Positions 29,615-38,996 of a DNA stretch of 64,000 bases are shown in pieces. The notes under the pieces were generated by a model. It was not told where the DNA came from and did not search any database. It was given only the letters and a program-made list of their open reading frames with translations. Each line of letters opens with the position of its first letter. Within the stretch, counting starts at the first letter, position 1. Both the position numbers and the translations under genes were made by a program. This DNA is from an uncultured delta proteobacterium (GTDB lineage: Bacteria > Desulfobacterota > Desulfomonilia > UBA1062), in the NCBI GenBank assembly GCA_963752595.1, contig CAVVYZ010000014.1, positions 32,001 through 96,000 of the forward strand, in the 5' to 3' direction.

Positions 29615-29780
29615 GAGTGATACAGACGAACAGGCTCATGAGGTGCCGGGCCTCTTATTCATCTATTCCTAATTAGAGCGTGCCAAGGGTATCGGCCCTC
29701 GTCTCTGGCACCCCGTCTCTTCCGGCATATTACTCAAAGAATACTGGAGAATGCTACCGGATTTATCCAGAGTACTGCAT

Positions 29781-31529
29781 TTATGACGATGTGGTTACTT
29801 GCTGTTGCTGTGCTGTAGCGAGGTCTCTGAACATTTCCTCTCGGATGCTGCGGAAATCCGCCTCATGAGCTATGAATGCATCCACCACCTCGGGATCGAA
29901 ATGACTGCCCCGGTCTTCCACGATGATCTCCAGGGCCTTTTCGTGCGAGAATGCCTCTTTGTAGACCCGCTTGGAGGTAAGGGCATCATACACATCCGCA
30001 AGGGCTACGATCCTGGCGGATAAGGGGATCTGGTCACCCTTGAGCCCCTTGGGATACCCGGTGCCGTCCCATTTCTCGTGGTGGTAATAGGCGATCTCCT
30101 TTCCCAGACTCAGGAAGGACTGGCCTTCGAGCTTCGTTTCGACCGCCCTGAGTGCATCTCCTCCCAGGGACGAGTGACGTTTGACCACCTCGAACTCATC
30201 CGTGGTCAGACGGCTCGGCTTCAGCAGGATGGAGTCCGGAATCCCCACCTTCCCGATATCGTGGAGGATGGACGAATTATAGATATCATCGATATAATCC
30301 TGGGTGATATACGCTGCAAACTTCGGTTTCTCGGACAACTCCTGCGCCAGGACTCTTGAGTATTCACGTATGCGCTCAAGATGGGCGCCCGTGTCTGCAT
30401 CCCGGTATTCTGCGAGTTTCGCGAGACCCAGAATCGTTGCATTCCTGGCGCTCTGGACCTTCTTATATGACTCGAGCAGATCACTCTCCAGCTTCTTGCG
30501 CACAGTGATATCCCTGATCACCATTTGGAAGCCGACGAGATCTGTTTCCTTGTAGATGCACTTGGCATTGCACTCAACTTCAAAGACCCTTCCCAGACGG
30601 TTTACGATCCTGAACTGGAAATCCTTTACCGTCTGTTCTGTCGGCAGACGATCGAACATCCGCTCCACAAGGCTGGTATCCGACCCCTTCACGAGGTTCA
30701 TGAAGCTGAAATCAAGCTTCTGGCCGGAAGGAATGCCGATCGTATCATAAAACCGGGGGTTGGCCATGAGGATCTTCGAATGCCTGTCCACGAGGATGAC
30801 GATATCGATGATATTCTCGTAGAGCTCCCGGTAACGGAGCTCGGATTCCTTGAGCTCGATGACGCGTTTTTCCACCTCGGCCTCTAGGTTGTGAGCGTAG
30901 TAGGAAAGGCGCTCTGCAAGTGCATCCATCTCTGTTTTGAGCTTACATTCCCGTCTCCTTACTTTTGTCTCTTCAAACGCCTGCAGGGTCGTTATTACGA
31001 TGAAAAAGACAAAGAAGAAACTATTGCTGAAGAATATTTTCAGGCTGTTCGGATCGGGAGCGTTGAGCATGATTATGGGCAAGGCATAGATAAGGTAAAG
31101 CATAAACCCGAAGAGAAGAGCCTGCGGAGCATTTATGGGTAAGATGACGATAGTGACGAGGACCATGATGAGTCCGACGTAATAAAACGACGAATAGCCG
31201 CCCATTTTTACGCACATCATGGAGATGGTGAAGGCCGCAATGATATATGCAACGGTCACCAGTGCAAATGCATTGTTTTTGCCGTACCTTGTATAATAAC
31301 CGAGCAGCAAAGCCAGGAGCGCTCCGGAACAGGCAATGCGGTAGAAAAAAAAGAGGGTAAAATACTCCCGGACTACCACATAATCCAGGACACTGAAGAA
31401 CGGGATGAGGATGATTCCCACCAGGAGGATCGCCAGTACGCGCTGGTACAATAGATCCCTGGTCTCTTCGCCGTATCTGCGTTCGTATTCTTCTAAAATC
31501 AACAGCATACCATCTATCACTATCGACAA
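29781..31529 (-). CDS. Membrane sensor-PAS-HD-GYP c-di-GMP phosphodiesterase
   Basis: 5-6 TM N-terminus; PAS (YRELYEN...VIRDIT); HDIGK, HHEKWDGTGYP, DVYDAL; exact start uncertain. Confidence 0.9.
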   Translation of the reverse strand: MSIVIDGMLLILEEYERRYGEETRDLLYQRVLAILLVGIILIPFFSVLDYVVVREYFTLFFFYRIACSGALLALLLGYYTRYGKNNAFALVTVAYIIAAFTISMMCVKMGGYSSFYYVGLIMVLVTIVILPINAPQALLFGFMLYLIYALPIIMLNAPDPNSLKIFFSNSFFFVFFIVITTLQAFEETKVRRRECKLKTEMDALAERLSYYAHNLEAEVEKRVIELKESELRYRELYENIIDIVILVDRHSKILMANPRFYDTIGIPSGQKLDFSFMNLVKGSDTSLVERMFDRLPTEQTVKDFQFRIVNRLGRVFEVECNAKCIYKETDLVGFQMVIRDITVRKKLESDLLESYKKVQSARNATILGLAKLAEYRDADTGAHLERIREYSRVLAQELSEKPKFAAYITQDYIDDIYNSSILHDIGKVGIPDSILLKPSRLTTDEFEVVKRHSSLGGDALRAVETKLEGQSFLSLGKEIAYYHHEKWDGTGYPKGLKGDQIPLSARIVALADVYDALTSKRVYKEAFSHEKALEIIVEDRGSHFDPEVVDAFIAHEADFRSIREEMFRDLATAQQQQVTTSS

Positions 31530-31654
31530 TCGGGAGTGACAAAATTAATAGATTTACATGACTGAAGGATCTGCTTTCGTTACGTGAGCCGGCTTCGATC
31601 AAAACCGCTTTTAGAGCAGACGGCCGCTGCGTGAGCGGCGTAAACCAAAAGCCG

Positions 31655-32557
31655 TCAAAGGATTTTCAAGCAGTCTCCAAAGGGCGTATCGGCCGAAAAG
31701 TCGGGCGTATAGTTCGCCGTAGAATCTATTTCCTGGGCGTATATCGTAACAAATCTTAAATCGATGGCCTTTTCCAGAACCACTTCATATTCTTCAGGTG
31801 ATATTGTCCGGCCCATTTCGGGGATAGTGCCCGAGTAGAAGCAGGGGTTGTACTGGGACATGATACTCACGGGGATATCAAGCGAGAGTCCGGCCAGAAA
31901 TTCGAGCACGGCAAAAGGATTCGAGCGCATGCCGGGAAGTACGAGATGCCGCACGATAAGTCCTGACAGGCCTTTGCCGTTATCATCAACACGCAAGGAA
32001 CCGGCCTTTTCCCAAAGGTATGTAATGGCCTCCCGTGCGCGGTCCCAGTAATCGGTTACGCGGCTTAAACCCTTTCCCGTTTCATTATCCCCATACTTCA
32101 GGTCCATGAGGAAAAGGTCCGCGTATCCCTCCCATTCCTTAAGGCTCTCGATGCTCTCGTACCCGCTTGAATTGAGCACGATTGGAAGATCAAGCCCCTG
32201 CTCACGGGCAAGGTTTATAGAATGAATGATCTTGGGCGCGAAGTGGGTCGGACTCACCAGGTTGATATTCGAGCACCCGCGATCCTGGAGAAGAAGCATG
32301 GAGCGGGCAAGCTCCGACTCGGACAGAACTTTTCCCATAGCCTGGTGGCTTATCTGGTTGTTCTGGCAATAGGAACACTTGAGCGGGCACCCGGAAAAGA
32401 ACACCGCCCCTGAGCCCGCACCCGTTACCAGTGGCGGCTCCTCCCCCCTGTGGATGACGATGGAGCCGATGATCAGATCCTCACCGACGCCGCAGGCGAC
32501 TGCAGCCCTCGACCTGTCGGCGGAACAGTGCCTCGGACAAAGCATGCACCCTGTCAT
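31655..32557 (-). CDS. PflX-like radical SAM protein
   Basis: CMLCPRHC, GEEPPL, FFSGCPLKCSYCQN, NINLVSPTH, IVRHLVLPG. Confidence 0.9.
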   Translation of the reverse strand: MTGCMLCPRHCSADRSRAAVACGVGEDLIIGSIVIHRGEEPPLVTGAGSGAVFFSGCPLKCSYCQNNQISHQAMGKVLSESELARSMLLLQDRGCSNINLVSPTHFAPKIIHSINLAREQGLDLPIVLNSSGYESIESLKEWEGYADLFLMDLKYGDNETGKGLSRVTDYWDRAREAITYLWEKAGSLRVDDNGKGLSGLIVRHLVLPGMRSNPFAVLEFLAGLSLDIPVSIMSQYNPCFYSGTIPEMGRTISPEEYEVVLEKAIDLRFVTIYAQEIDSTANYTPDFSADTPFGDCLKIL

Positions 32558-34041
32558 TTTTTCTGCTCGATCTCCTCGATAAGGGCCTTGCCGTTCTCAT
32601 CCCTCAAGATCCGGGAAACGAACTCCACCTTGCGGGGTGTCTTATAGGAAGCCAGGAGTCTGCGGGCCTGGCGCTTCACTTCGCTTTCACTGATATCGGA
32701 GCCGTCGGTCACAACGTATGCCTTGATGATGGCCCCCCTCATGAGATCGGGAATACCCGTGATGGCGGAATCCTGAACGCCCGGGATCGAATTCAGGACA
32801 TTCTCCACCTCTTTGCAGTATACATTGAAGCCTGAGGTGATGATCATATCCTTCTTGTACCCGGTTATGTAGATATAGCCGTCTCCGTCCATATACCCCA
32901 GATCTCCGGTATAGAGCCAGCCGTCTTTGATGATCTCCCGCGTCTCTTTCTCCCTCTTGTAGTATCCCTTCATGATATTGGGACCCTTGAACAGGATTTC
33001 TCCCTTCTCGCCGGCTTTGAGCACCCTGCCCTCTTCGTCGACTATCATCGCCTGAACACCCGGCACGGTGGGTCCTATGGAATCGGGTTTCAATTTCACG
33101 TGGGGATTGTTGTATGCGCACACGGGCGAAGCCTCTGTGAGTCCGTATCCTTGCCTGAGATCCATACCGAAACGTTCTTTGAACCCGGTATAGATCTCCA
33201 TGGAGAGCGCGGAACCGCCGGCTATAAGGATCTTCATCTTCGTGTAGTCGATGCCCTGGACATCCGGATGGAGCAGCAGCCCGTAAAACAGGGTCGGGAC
33301 AGCACAGATGCAGGTGATCCCGCCATGAGTGAGTACATGGTTGAGCTCCTTGAAGTCGAGATTCTTCACCATGTAGGCCGTCCCGCCGTATCGCAGCATG
33401 GAAAGCATGTTGACGCTCGAGCTGAACGAGTGGAAGCATGGGATAATGGTCAGCGTGGTGTCCGTATCGTCGGCATCGGCGCACACCCTCATCAGGTCGG
33501 AATTGTGATCCAGATTCCCGTGGGTAAGCATGGCCCCCATGGGATACCCGGTGAGGCCCGAAGAGTAGATCATGGCTGCCACATCGTCCCGGTCCATATC
33601 CTCGATGATGCCCTTATTCTTTCCGCTCACCCACTGGGAGAAGTTCCCCCCATCACCTGTGGTGATCACCGTACTGAGCGGGCACAGCTCGCGGATATCT
33701 CCATACGTCGCGAAATTATTCTCTTCGATGATAATCGCCTTTGAGTCGGAATCCTTCAGGATATGGGCAAGCTCCCGGGAAGTGAACGACGGGTTCACCG
33801 GCACTACGATCCCCCCTATGCCGGCAACTGCCATGTAAGAGATGGCAAACTCCGGCGTATTGGGCAGTACGACCGTCACATGATCGCCCCGCTCTATCCC
33901 TGCATCCCGCAAGGCTGTGCCCAGCTTCCCTGTCAGCGAAAACAGCTCGGAATACGTTGTCCTGCTTTCGCGGAACCGTACCGCTATCTTCTCAGGTCTT
34001 TCTTTCGCATGATCCCTTAACCACCAATAGATATTCATCAT
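32554..34041 (-). CDS. Long-chain acyl-CoA ligase family protein with altered motifs
   Basis: YSSGLTGYPMG, QGYGLTEASP, GWLYTGDLG. Confidence 0.88.
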   Translation of the reverse strand: MMNIYWWLRDHAKERPEKIAVRFRESRTTYSELFSLTGKLGTALRDAGIERGDHVTVVLPNTPEFAISYMAVAGIGGIVVPVNPSFTSRELAHILKDSDSKAIIIEENNFATYGDIRELCPLSTVITTGDGGNFSQWVSGKNKGIIEDMDRDDVAAMIYSSGLTGYPMGAMLTHGNLDHNSDLMRVCADADDTDTTLTIIPCFHSFSSSVNMLSMLRYGGTAYMVKNLDFKELNHVLTHGGITCICAVPTLFYGLLLHPDVQGIDYTKMKILIAGGSALSMEIYTGFKERFGMDLRQGYGLTEASPVCAYNNPHVKLKPDSIGPTVPGVQAMIVDEEGRVLKAGEKGEILFKGPNIMKGYYKREKETREIIKDGWLYTGDLGYMDGDGYIYITGYKKDMIITSGFNVYCKEVENVLNSIPGVQDSAITGIPDLMRGAIIKAYVVTDGSDISESEVKRQARRLLASYKTPRKVEFVSRILRDENGKALIEEIEQKK

Positions 34042-35648
34042 ACCTCCTGTTTCTTTTCCCTCAACAGGTCTTTTTGGGCACCGTACATATCCAGAGGAAG
34101 TAGGGATCCGGCAAGCTCCCTGATCCGTTCCGGTTCAACAGCACCCTTTTCCAGGATTATTCCGCTTATGAATTGTGGCCTGGTCCTGTCGAAATAAAGA
34201 TTCCCCACCTCAACTCCGTGCGGGGGATTTTCCCATACCTCATCCGGATCGTACTCTTCGAGTGCCACCTCGCCCCGTGCAAAGCTTATTTTCCTGATTT
34301 CGCCGACAAAGTATACCTTGATTCCCAGGGTATGCGCTGCCACGGCGATCAGTGACGACCCTGCCTTATTGATAACAGACCCATCCGGCTCGATGCTGTC
34401 CACACCCATGAGCACCATGTCCACAGAGGGAAGCTCGTGGCCCGCACAGGCATCGGTGATAAGTCTGACCTTCAGTCCCATCTCGGCTGCCACATGCGCC
34501 GTAGTCCTTCCTTCAAAGCCCGGCCGCGATTCAGTCACGATCAGGGAGCACTGCTTTTCCTTGAGCAGGGGAAACGCATGGATCAGTGAAGAGCTGTACG
34601 AGTGGAGCAGGACAGTCGATCTCTCCGGTATTATCCGGTCGAGATGCTCCACCGCCTTGTCCAGAGCAGCATCCATCTCCTTGAGGTGCTTCGCTATGAG
34701 CGAGGCGATCTGAGACCTCGCCCCCGCGATGTCCAGGGAACTGAAGGTCTGCATATCCCGGAGCAGGAAGTCGAGCGAGGTCGAGATGATGCCCATGGAC
34801 GGACGGGACATGCTTATTTCACGGCATGCATAAAAAAGATCGTCCAGGAGCGTTACGGCCCGAGCGGCATTCGATGCCCGGACCATTCTTCCCAGGAAAT
34901 CGATTGCTTCCGTTGCGAGCTGCCTGGCCCCGCTTTCGCGGTCGTCTTTCACGGCTTTCACAAAGGCCGAGAGCTCACGCTCCAGCGGCAGTCTCGATAC
35001 ACGCTCGTACACTTCCCAGAGGCCTGGTACCGTATCGAGCTCCTTCATCTCCCGGGGATCGCCCCAGCGGAGCTCGGTATTCTCCCAGTCCAGGGTAATC
35101 CGGGAAGGATCGTGTACCTCACAGAGGAACGGGTGCACGCACCAGATGCGTGCATTCTTCTCATCAGGGATTACTACGGTCCCGGCCTGACGCAGGAGAA
35201 CGTATTCTCCGGGCTTCAGAGAGGTCTCTTCCCACAGCTCGACCATGAAGTGCTCTTGCGGGTCGCCTTCGAGGTGCCCGCTGATCCCTGACCAGCGCCC
35301 CTTGTATGTCCCCACCTTCTCGCTCCGCCGCACAAGGCACAACTTCCCCATATGCGACAGGAATACCGTGACAACGTGTGTCTGAACGTCTTTCACGGAT
35401 TTCATATCGGGATCGTACTTATAGCAGTCGAACGGTTCATCCGAGCCTTTCTGGAGCTTTCTGTTCGTTTCGCAGAAGACCTTCAATCCGGAGTCGTCTT
35501 TCTTTTTACACAGCTCACAGAAAGCTGAAGCATTGAGCACAAGGTCTTCCTTGAGCTCGTATTTCCGGAACCGGGGGCATTGGAGACAATCCTCGATCGG
35601 CCCCTTGTTCAGCCTGCACCACGCACAAACAGCACCTCTGAAATCCAT
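34038..35648 (-). CDS. Cys-rich domain + Nudix + eIF2B-alpha/R15P-isomerase-like fusion
   Basis: CAWC/CLQC/CELC; WSGISGHLE...ELWEETSL, LDWEN; SGARQLA, RPSM, ESRPGFEG, GVDSI, NKAGS, YFD; start chosen from promoter position. Confidence 0.82.
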   Translation of the reverse strand: MDFRGAVCAWCRLNKGPIEDCLQCPRFRKYELKEDLVLNASAFCELCKKKDDSGLKVFCETNRKLQKGSDEPFDCYKYDPDMKSVKDVQTHVVTVFLSHMGKLCLVRRSEKVGTYKGRWSGISGHLEGDPQEHFMVELWEETSLKPGEYVLLRQAGTVVIPDEKNARIWCVHPFLCEVHDPSRITLDWENTELRWGDPREMKELDTVPGLWEVYERVSRLPLERELSAFVKAVKDDRESGARQLATEAIDFLGRMVRASNAARAVTLLDDLFYACREISMSRPSMGIISTSLDFLLRDMQTFSSLDIAGARSQIASLIAKHLKEMDAALDKAVEHLDRIIPERSTVLLHSYSSSLIHAFPLLKEKQCSLIVTESRPGFEGRTTAHVAAEMGLKVRLITDACAGHELPSVDMVLMGVDSIEPDGSVINKAGSSLIAVAAHTLGIKVYFVGEIRKISFARGEVALEEYDPDEVWENPPHGVEVGNLYFDRTRPQFISGIILEKGAVEPERIRELAGSLLPLDMYGAQKDLLREKKQEV

Positions 35649-35801
35649 GGCGGATACCATACTGTGAGTTTTTTTAAAGGGCAAGTATATAAATTCCTGC
35701 AGGAGAGGCCCTATGCCGGGGGTCATGGCAAAGGTTACCGGTCGGTTTCCATCATACGATCAAGTGACCTCATAATGACAGGGACTGACGAAAGATCTGT
35801 C

Positions 35802-38084
35802 TTATTCGGAAAGCTTCCACAGCAGCGACTTGAGATAATCCCATGCTTTGGGGATATCGGAGATGGAAGGGGTACCGGAATCCGACACCTCGATGGGCTG
35901 TGTATTGCGGATATAGGGAACATCCACCCCGCCCGAGGTCCACATACCGGCCAGCTTGCCGTTTACAGGGTCGATGGAGCATATGATGACATCCTGAGGT
36001 ACAGGCCATGTGACAGGCCGTGAAAGGCGCGCAAGGATCATGGAAGCGATGGGCATCGCTCCGGCTGCACCGCTGTACCCGATGGACCGGTATTTATCGG
36101 CCCCGAGCCATACCGTGACGACCATCTGCGGAGTGAACCCGACAAACCAGGAATCTCTGGCATCATCGGTGGTCCCGGTCTTTCCGCAGACACCCTCGGG
36201 CATGCCGTATATCCTGGATTCTCTGGCAGTGCCCGACGTGATCACTTCCTGCAAAGCCGCATTGACCAGGTATACGGTTGATGGATCCAGCGCCGGAACG
36301 GGAGCAGGTTCCGGGTCTTTCCGTATGACCACTCCCTCTCCGTCCACAATGCCTTTGAGAGCAATGGGCTTCACCTGGTTTCCGTTGTTTGCAAAAGCGC
36401 TGTAGAGCGCCGACACCTCTAGGGGAGAGCACTCAAGAGCACCGAGGAGAACCGAAGGATTGGCCTTGCTCACGGTCAACGGAAGGACCTTGCCGATCTC
36501 CATGATAATGCTCGATACCCCGAGGTCCATACCGAGCCTTACGGTTGCAAGATTATAGGAATTGGCAAGCGCGTCCTTGAGCATGACACGGCCGTGAGGC
36601 ACCCGGTCATAATTCAGCGGTGTCCAGGCGGTGCCGTCGTTCAGGCGGATACTGATGGGGGCATCTTCCACATATGAGGAAAGGGTATAGCCTCTTTTCA
36701 GGGCAGTATAATAGATCACGGGCTTCACGAGCGAGCCCATATGCCGGCGTATCCTTGTCGCACGGTTGAACTGGGATCCTGCATATCCTTTGCCCCCCAC
36801 AAGTGCCAGGATCTCGCCGGTATTGGGGGCCATGATGACCGCTGCGCCGTCTATCGATTTAGCCTTGTCCGCCAGGCCTTGGGCCAGGAAGGTCTCGGCT
36901 GTTTTCTGCATATGCATGTCAAGGGTGGTGTAGATCTGATACCCACCCTTTTCCAGCAGGGCTTCAGGCAGCTGATCCCTGGTAAGCGACAGGACATGAT
37001 CGACAAAATAGGGTGCCTGCCTCTTCCTCGGGACGAGATTTACCACGTTCAAGGATCTCCGCTTCGCCTTCTCGTACTCCTTGCGGGTGATCTTGCCTTC
37101 TTCGAGCATGAGGGCGAGCACCATGTTCCTCCTGGCAAGGGCCTTGGCCGGATAGGTATAGGGCGAATAGGCATTGGGCGCCTTGATCATCCCTGCCAGG
37201 AGCGCCGCCTCGGAGAGATTTATCTCGGATATGCCCTTGTCGAAGAGCATCTTCGAAGCCCTGCCCAGGCCGCACACACCTGCATGCCCGTAGCTTCCCA
37301 TGTAGATTTCGTTGACATACATGCTTAAGATCCGGTCCTTGGAATAGACCGTCTCCATGATTACGGCCATCCACATGTCCTTGAGCTTCCGGGAAAAGGT
37401 GCGCTTGTTCGTGAGGAAGAGATTCTTGACGAGCTGCTGGGTGATCGTGGACCCGCCCTCATGGATACTCCGGTGCTTCACGTTGGTGAATACGGCCCGG
37501 ATCAGTGACCTCGTGTCGATCCCCCAGTGGTGGTAAAACCGCCTGTCTTCGGTGGTGATGATCGCATCGATGAGATTTTCCGGGCACTCTTCCAGCTTCA
37601 CGAGCGTCCGGTCTTCATACAGATCGTCGAAGATCTCTGCAATGCACTCGGGCTCCAGCAGGACGCTCTTTACGTACTGCTTCTTCCCGGGGAGCATGAC
37701 GCCGGTGATCCTCATTCCTTCGAGGATGAGCCCGACCTTCCGCGCCTTGTGCTGCTTACCCATGTATGAATAGGAGTGGATGAAAAGAGTGATGCCTTTG
37801 GAATCCCGCGAGAACTGGCCCGGGGCACTCACCTTTGACACTTGACGGTATCTCAGACGCTTAAGCCTCTCAAGTAAGCCGCTCCGCCCGACATCGACCC
37901 CTGCCTCGAGCGTGAACGGACGGCTGTAGATCTTTGAAGGGATGTGCCAGATGGAGCCTGTTTTGAGCCTCTGAATCTCCCGGTAGGCATCGAGGCTGAA
38001 GTATACTGCGCCTAAGGCCACAACGAGTACGATCAGTGCAAGGGATATCCAGAGGGCCTTACGGTATGAAGCAATGCCTTTCAC
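35802..38084 (-). CDS. mrcB: Class A penicillin-binding protein 1B
   Basis: TM anchor, UB2H-like region, EDRRFYHHWG, GGSTITQQLVKN, SLVK, SYN, KTGT. Confidence 0.9.
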   Translation of the reverse strand: MKGIASYRKALWISLALIVLVVALGAVYFSLDAYREIQRLKTGSIWHIPSKIYSRPFTLEAGVDVGRSGLLERLKRLRYRQVSKVSAPGQFSRDSKGITLFIHSYSYMGKQHKARKVGLILEGMRITGVMLPGKKQYVKSVLLEPECIAEIFDDLYEDRTLVKLEECPENLIDAIITTEDRRFYHHWGIDTRSLIRAVFTNVKHRSIHEGGSTITQQLVKNLFLTNKRTFSRKLKDMWMAVIMETVYSKDRILSMYVNEIYMGSYGHAGVCGLGRASKMLFDKGISEINLSEAALLAGMIKAPNAYSPYTYPAKALARRNMVLALMLEEGKITRKEYEKAKRRSLNVVNLVPRKRQAPYFVDHVLSLTRDQLPEALLEKGGYQIYTTLDMHMQKTAETFLAQGLADKAKSIDGAAVIMAPNTGEILALVGGKGYAGSQFNRATRIRRHMGSLVKPVIYYTALKRGYTLSSYVEDAPISIRLNDGTAWTPLNYDRVPHGRVMLKDALANSYNLATVRLGMDLGVSSIIMEIGKVLPLTVSKANPSVLLGALECSPLEVSALYSAFANNGNQVKPIALKGIVDGEGVVIRKDPEPAPVPALDPSTVYLVNAALQEVITSGTARESRIYGMPEGVCGKTGTTDDARDSWFVGFTPQMVVTVWLGADKYRSIGYSGAAGAMPIASMILARLSRPVTWPVPQDVIICSIDPVNGKLAGMWTSGGVDVPYIRNTQPIEVSDSGTPSISDIPKAWDYLKSLLWKLSE

Positions 38085-38168
38085 GATGCCGGACTATAAG
38101 CGCTAGTGCAGGCAGGTGTCAATCCCAATAGTGATTTCGTATACCCGGTTGTTCGGCCTTCAGCCTGA

Positions 38169-38996
38169 TCAGGCCTGCCTCTTCCTCAAGACCTCGCGCT
38201 GCCGCCTGAAGAGATAGCGGATGATGTCTTCCCTTGTTTCGGCATCCACCTGGAGAAACCTGGCTGCGACGGCATAGCGCTGAGTTTCGTAAGAAGTGAC
38301 GGGTTTCAGGCGGATGACCTCACCCACGAGCCTCATGAAGAGCAGCGGCGCCATGGGCAGGATGAGATTGATCTCCAGGAGGTCGCCCGCCCGGAACGAT
38401 TCCCTGGTAATGAACCTGATGCCCGAGGCACTGATATTCACATCCCTGGGCGAGGTTTTCATTAATGTCATGAAATCCTCTGCCAGGTACATGTGGATGA
38501 GCAGGTCGACCTTCCGGTTCAGCTCCCAGAGTGACTGATTGAACGACGGCTCCCGTGAATAGGGCGCCTCATTGGATCCGGTATGGCCGTACTTTCCCTT
38601 CAGAAAAGAATCGATGATGAGTTTATTGCCCCTGATCCTTTCCATGGTTTCCGGCAACACCTCGGATTTCTTGTCGGAATGACAGAGAAACCCGGCTTGG
38701 AAGTAGATCCTGTCATAGATACGGACATCCTGCCTGCGCTCGTTGCCGGGAGATGCATAGCACTCGATGCTCATCCTGATGCCGCCTTCGGTGATCTCCA
38801 TGACCCTGGCAAGCACGGAATCCTGGCCGTCAGAGAGCCTCACCAGCGTTCCTTCCGAGGCATCCAGGCCTGATCTCGGCGAGAAGACGAACAGGTCTTC
38901 ATCGATGATTTCGACCACATCCCCCGGTACTTTACTTCCTCCTGATACCTGGGCATGGATGCCCAATTTCAAATTGAGCAGGAGATCGATGTTCAT
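38169..38996 (-). CDS. PilZ-domain protein
   Basis: ERRQDVR and NISASG motifs; REDIIRYLFRRQRE tail; ATGA overlap with upstream DGC. Confidence 0.85.
   Translation of the reverse strand: MNIDLLLNLKLGIHAQVSGGSKVPGDVVEIIDEDLFVFSPRSGLDASEGTLVRLSDGQDSVLARVMEITEGGIRMSIECYASPGNERRQDVRIYDRIYFQAGFLCHSDKKSEVLPETMERIRGNKLIIDSFLKGKYGHTGSNEAPYSREPSFNQSLWELNRKVDLLIHMYLAEDFMTLMKTSPRDVNISASGIRFITRESFRAGDLLEINLILPMAPLLFMRLVGEVIRLKPVTSYETQRYAVAARFLQVDAETREDIIRYLFRRQREVLRKRQA

Noticed and set aside
29670-29690. Minus-strand TGGCAC as a possible sigma54 site
   Set aside because: No TTGC at -12 and no gene positioned to use it
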